DNA of 64,000 nucleotides from a virus: IMG/VR virus record IMGVR_UViG_3300046519_000323, positions 24,040 to 88,039 of that record; one strand, 5' to 3'. Shown piece by piece: positions 60,835 to 64,000 of this stretch (position 1 is its first letter; each line of letters starts with the position of its first letter). The notes under the pieces were generated by a model. It saw only the letters and a program-made list of their open reading frames with translations, ran no database searches and was not told where the DNA came from. The position numbers and the translations under genes were made by a program.

Positions 60835-61449
60835 CTAAATATAATGAAATACTCCTACTTTTGCGGGACTCATTGCGGCTCCCATGGTTAGACTCAGATC
60901 GCTTTCAATCTCTAAACGTATACCAATTGTCGGGACGATATGGGCTGGTACCAAATTTTGCAATATAGGTGAGAGCTCAACTAATTCTTGCCGATTGACG
61001 TCGCCATTCATCAAAATGAATATCCGTGAAGTAAGAAAGCTGTTCGCTGTTTCGTGCTCAGTCGCTAATATCGGATATTGATTAATACGTGAAATGCTGT
61101 GATAAAGTCTGACGATTTGCCACTGATTCGGCCAAAGCATCTGAAGCACAAATTCAAGAAAAGCTAGGCCCTGTTTTGAGGGTAATGATTTCCAATTCGC
61201 ATAGATAACACGCATGATCTTTGCGCTTGCATCTGGCCGCCGTAAAACTACTAAACCATCTTGCTTAGTAAATCTCTCGACAACACTAGGTCCACCAAAA
61301 TGGGGCATCCCGTAATAATGAATGTTGTTTAATTGTTCAATGAACAAATGTTCAAATGAACGTATGAAAATCTCTTTTAAGGCTTCTTCAGTTTCATCAA
61401 AGGCAGCTGATTGTTTATATGGAGCTAAAACATTTAGATTATCGACCAT
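60835..61449 (-). CDS. baseplate/tail protein I-like
   Basis: 204 aa directly after the gpJ-like gene. LAFLEFVLQMLWPNQW resembles the gpI family. Confidence 0.45.
   Translation of the reverse strand: MVDNLNVLAPYKQSAAFDETEEALKEIFIRSFEHLFIEQLNNIHYYGMPHFGGPSVVERFTKQDGLVVLRRPDASAKIMRVIYANWKSLPSKQGLAFLEFVLQMLWPNQWQIVRLYHSISRINQYPILATEHETANSFLTSRIFILMNGDVNRQELVELSPILQNLVPAHIVPTIGIRLEIESDLSLTMGAAMSPAKVGVFHYI
61334..61361. repeat. intragenic TGTTCA/TGAACA cluster
   Basis: tgttcaatgaacaaatgttcaaatgaac inside CDS 60835..61449, encoding ...SFEHLFIEQ.... Confidence 0.55.
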
Positions 61450-62888
61450 CTTGATTCCCCATTACCTTTTAGCTGAACAATGTTGAGCTCGATACTTTCT
61501 GCAGTCATGTAGAGCCATTGGTGAGGCTTGACGGGGTTAGCATCTAAGTCTTCGGTCATAAACTTGAAATCACTGGAACGGTCTTGAAACGCGGAAATAT
61601 TGTCGCTTAAAAGCTTGCTAATCTCTTGAGCGTTGAAACCATTTGCAAGGTAATAGCAGCTTGCAGTTTTGCCACGGCCATAATATTTCAAGAGTAACGT
61701 GCGTATTTCCTCTTTTACTGCCTGAATATCATGTACAGGCGATAAAAGACCGTTGATATAAATTTTAAAAGGCCGTTCTTGTACGGCTTTGAAGATAATC
61801 TTTCCCTTATACAAGTTATTTAATTGGGGGATGAAATTCAAAATATCTGTTTCAAGTAAAGCCTGATCAGCTGCGGATTCCGCAACAACAGACACAAACA
61901 TCTTATTAATATTTAGATAACTTGCCCCGTAATTTTGTTCCTGAACTACCTCATTCCAAACATTGATATAGTTAGACCGGGTAATGAATTTTTTGAGTGC
62001 TGCATAATTATAATTACCAAGATATACGGCGTTATCTTCATCCGCTGGAAATGATGACAATAAGCGTAGTTGCTCGATGCTTAAAGGGTCTGCTCCCGTC
62101 CTAACTAAACCATCTGATTTAAATTTAATGGTTGCACGTTGCTCAATCGAGCTGTTAACCGTCTCAAGTGAAGCTTCTTTGAGTTGGGAAACATCGATTC
62201 TCCCAAAGCTTTCAGTAATCGATATTTTTAATTGGGTACCAGCCAGTAAAGTGGACCCAAAACGGTCACTATCACCAAACCCTAAAATAATGTTTCGTTT
62301 GGTATTGGTTTTTAAAGTTATGGCAAAGTCACCAGCTGAGGTATTCATCCACCGGGTAACGAAGTTATAGACATTATTGTCCTGATCAGTAACAGACAGC
62401 TGCACTAAATCAGTTTCTTCTTTGAGCGTTAATGCATAATTATGAAAAGTCTCAGTTACCTCTGGCGAATATGTGACTGTTCTAATCTCAGACTGTTCAG
62501 CTAAAACAGTAGCGGTTTCACCTGGTGCGGCGTTAACGCTTTGTAATAAACGCCATGGCCGCCCTTGTCCATCAAGAATCACACGTTTGCTTTGCAATGA
62601 AAGGTTTGTATTACCACTATTGGAAATCAAAACATAATGCTGGCACGGCGTACAGAGCGGCAAAATACCCTTATTGCTCGCATCTGCAAGAATGGTTGCG
62701 TCACGGGTTTTAATAAATGGCTCAAGCTCAGAAATGTCTACATCACGACTAACTTCTGCAAGTGTATGTTGCATAGCTTTCAATGGTGCGACAATTGTCG
62801 GGTCACCTGCAGCATAGCGTGCGGCAATAACAGGAAAGTCTTGCATTACCTGCAGTGTAATTTCTTCAATTTTAGACAGCGTTGGCAT
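61434..62888 (-). CDS. baseplate J-like wedge protein
   Basis: 484 aa. Size, position between the W-like and I-like genes, and the N-terminal region are consistent with the gpJ/gp47 family. Confidence 0.55.
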   Translation of the reverse strand: MPTLSKIEEITLQVMQDFPVIAARYAAGDPTIVAPLKAMQHTLAEVSRDVDISELEPFIKTRDATILADASNKGILPLCTPCQHYVLISNSGNTNLSLQSKRVILDGQGRPWRLLQSVNAAPGETATVLAEQSEIRTVTYSPEVTETFHNYALTLKEETDLVQLSVTDQDNNVYNFVTRWMNTSAGDFAITLKTNTKRNIILGFGDSDRFGSTLLAGTQLKISITESFGRIDVSQLKEASLETVNSSIEQRATIKFKSDGLVRTGADPLSIEQLRLLSSFPADEDNAVYLGNYNYAALKKFITRSNYINVWNEVVQEQNYGASYLNINKMFVSVVAESAADQALLETDILNFIPQLNNLYKGKIIFKAVQERPFKIYINGLLSPVHDIQAVKEEIRTLLLKYYGRGKTASCYYLANGFNAQEISKLLSDNISAFQDRSSDFKFMTEDLDANPVKPHQWLYMTAESIELNIVQLKGNGESRWSII

Positions 62889-63216
62889 CGAATTGGTCCC
62901 CTTGATTAAACTTTTTAAGGTCTGCAGTGGATGGCATAGGAATAATCAGTTCTCCAACGGATATGAAGAACTCTTTTTGATCAAGGCTTATTGGCCTACT
63001 GACTACACTTAATTCCGCTTGTGATAAATCTTTAAACAGAGGGATATCTTCACGCATCCACTGCAAAATGATATCTGCAGAATCTTCGGTCATTGGCTTT
63101 AAAAGGATTTCATGCCAATTACGGCCATAACTAACCCCGACATACCCGTTTGGTTGGGTATAAAACCAATGCAGTACGATTTTAATGATGTCTTCGGCGG
63201 TTAATTTAAGGCTCAT
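62872..63216 (-). CDS. baseplate W / gp25-like protein
   Basis: 114 aa immediately upstream of the J-like gene. Assignment is mostly positional. Confidence 0.4.
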   Translation of the reverse strand: MSLKLTAEDIIKIVLHWFYTQPNGYVGVSYGRNWHEILLKPMTEDSADIILQWMREDIPLFKDLSQAELSVVSRPISLDQKEFFISVGELIIPMPSTADLKKFNQGDQFDANAV

Positions 63217-63581
63217 AGGTAGCGCTCAACGACAAGTTTTGCAGCGTGAAAAAGAGCAACACGCCCCATAATTATGGTGGACTGAATCACGAAGAAAATA
63301 ATGACTTCTGTGGTCCATAGATCGGCCATATATAACAATCGAGCCTCTGAAAATAAGATGTATACAAAAGGGATAAGCCCTACTAAGGACTTAAAAATTA
63401 TTTTTATTACATGATCACTAAGCACCTGTTCGATTAAAGCTCGGTTATCGCAAACGCTGCAGAACTTTTGATAAAGAGAAATCTGCTCTTTTTCCGAATT
63501 AAGTAAATAGAATTGTTGATAACTGAAGTAAATAACCCCAAAAAAACAGACGATTAAATGAAAAATAATGATAGGGCTCAT
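63213..63581 (-). CDS. membrane protein
   Basis: 122 aa with three to four hydrophobic helices. Confidence 0.45.
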   Translation of the reverse strand: MSPIIIFHLIVCFFGVIYFSYQQFYLLNSEKEQISLYQKFCSVCDNRALIEQVLSDHVIKIIFKSLVGLIPFVYILFSEARLLYMADLWTTEVIIFFVIQSTIIMGRVALFHAAKLVVERYL

Positions 63582-63583
63582 GT

Positions 63584-64000
63584 TTAAGCCCCTTCAGTTG
63601 TTTCAATTAAGGCTTTATATTCGTTTTGCTTGGCTTCGAGAGTACGTTTTTTCTCTTCAATACGTGTTTTAGTTTCCTGAAGCTGTGTATTCAGGTCTTG
63701 GGTTTGTTTCTGGATACTCTTTTTTCTAAGAGTTGGGTCATTCGGTACTTCTACTCGTTGCTTTTGGCGGGCAAGATCAAATTTGGCCTGATTACCTTTA
63801 ATTTTTAAAGCCAGCTCTTCAACCCCTGCTTTGAACTCGGTAAGGTTGTCGTAATCCATTACCCGGCTAAGAGGTATTACTTTATTATTTAATACCGTTT
63901 TAATTACATCGCCGTCAGTACGGAAAGTAAGGGTCAATGATTGCCCTTCTTCAAGATTGAAAATAGCGTCTTTTGTCGCAACGCCACCTGTGGCTTTTTT
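63584..64000 (-). CDS. 3' part of a longer gene entering from beyond the window (coiled-coil C-terminus)
   Basis: The listed start at 63937 is a TTG, and the frame stays open upstream to the window edge (...KKATGGVATKDAIFNLEEGQSLTLTFRTDGD...). Confidence 0.5.
   Translation of the reverse strand, partial: KKATGGVATKDAIFNLEEGQSLTLTFRTDGDVIKTVLNNKVIPLSRVMDYDNLTEFKAGVEELALKIKGNQAKFDLARQKQRVEVPNDPTLRKKSIQKQTQDLNTQLQETKTRIEEKKRTLEAKQNEYKALIETTEGA

Overview
AT-rich 64-kb stretch of a temperate tailed phage that also carries plasmid maintenance functions and no integrase, so I read it as a phage-plasmid. The host looks Acinetobacter-like, but that is inference from the Rep_3/iteron style, an orphan umuC with a TetR neighbour, and base composition. 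All calls come from reading the ORF track and the DNA by eye; no BLAST or HMM search was possible.

Layout (almost everything is on the minus strand):
- 1-14.6 kb: early/accessory genes. These include XRE regulators, a C2H2 zinc-finger protein, a lone tape-measure-like/lysozyme protein, a VRR-NUC nuclease, an MmcB-like nuclease and a lambda-type phosphatase.
- 14.6-22.4 kb: three orphan DNA methyltransferases (two C5, one Dam-like). They flank a Rep_3-type initiator and its oriV, which has 13 iterons, a perfect DnaA box and 8 helically phased A-tracts.
- 22.4-25.6 kb: lambdoid replication (O-like, DnaC-like) and a cro/cI divergent immunity switch. The cI has an S24 peptidase domain.
- 25.7-29.2 kb (plus strand): Erf recombinase, ParA, a ParG-like protein and a serine resolvase.
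- 30.3-37.5 kb: three receptor-binding-protein paralogues, a lysis cassette and structural genes.
- 37.6-44.0 kb: a long early operon of unknowns plus a DnaQ-like exonuclease.
- 44.0-50.6 kb: a reverse-oriented (plus strand) accessory island bounded by terminators. It holds a 614-aa protein with a HEPN-type RNxxxH motif, a TetR regulator, a roughly 240-nt GC-rich element made of nested helices, umuC without umuD, and a PAAR / 232-aa protein / lipoprotein triplet.
- 50.6-64 kb: two giant polyvalent virion proteins (one with a zincin HExxH, an inorganic-pyrophosphatase signature and a ParB-like tail), then a portal-like protein and a P2/Mu-like baseplate.

Two dispersed DNA motif families decorate the intergenic regions: ATRCAT-NN-ATGYAT palindromes and arrays of the octamer TGAACAAA/TGTTCAAA.

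The best candidates for something undescribed are the 44-50.6 kb island components, the polyvalent PPase-containing protein and the small ART-like/RHH pair at 29.4-30.0 kb.
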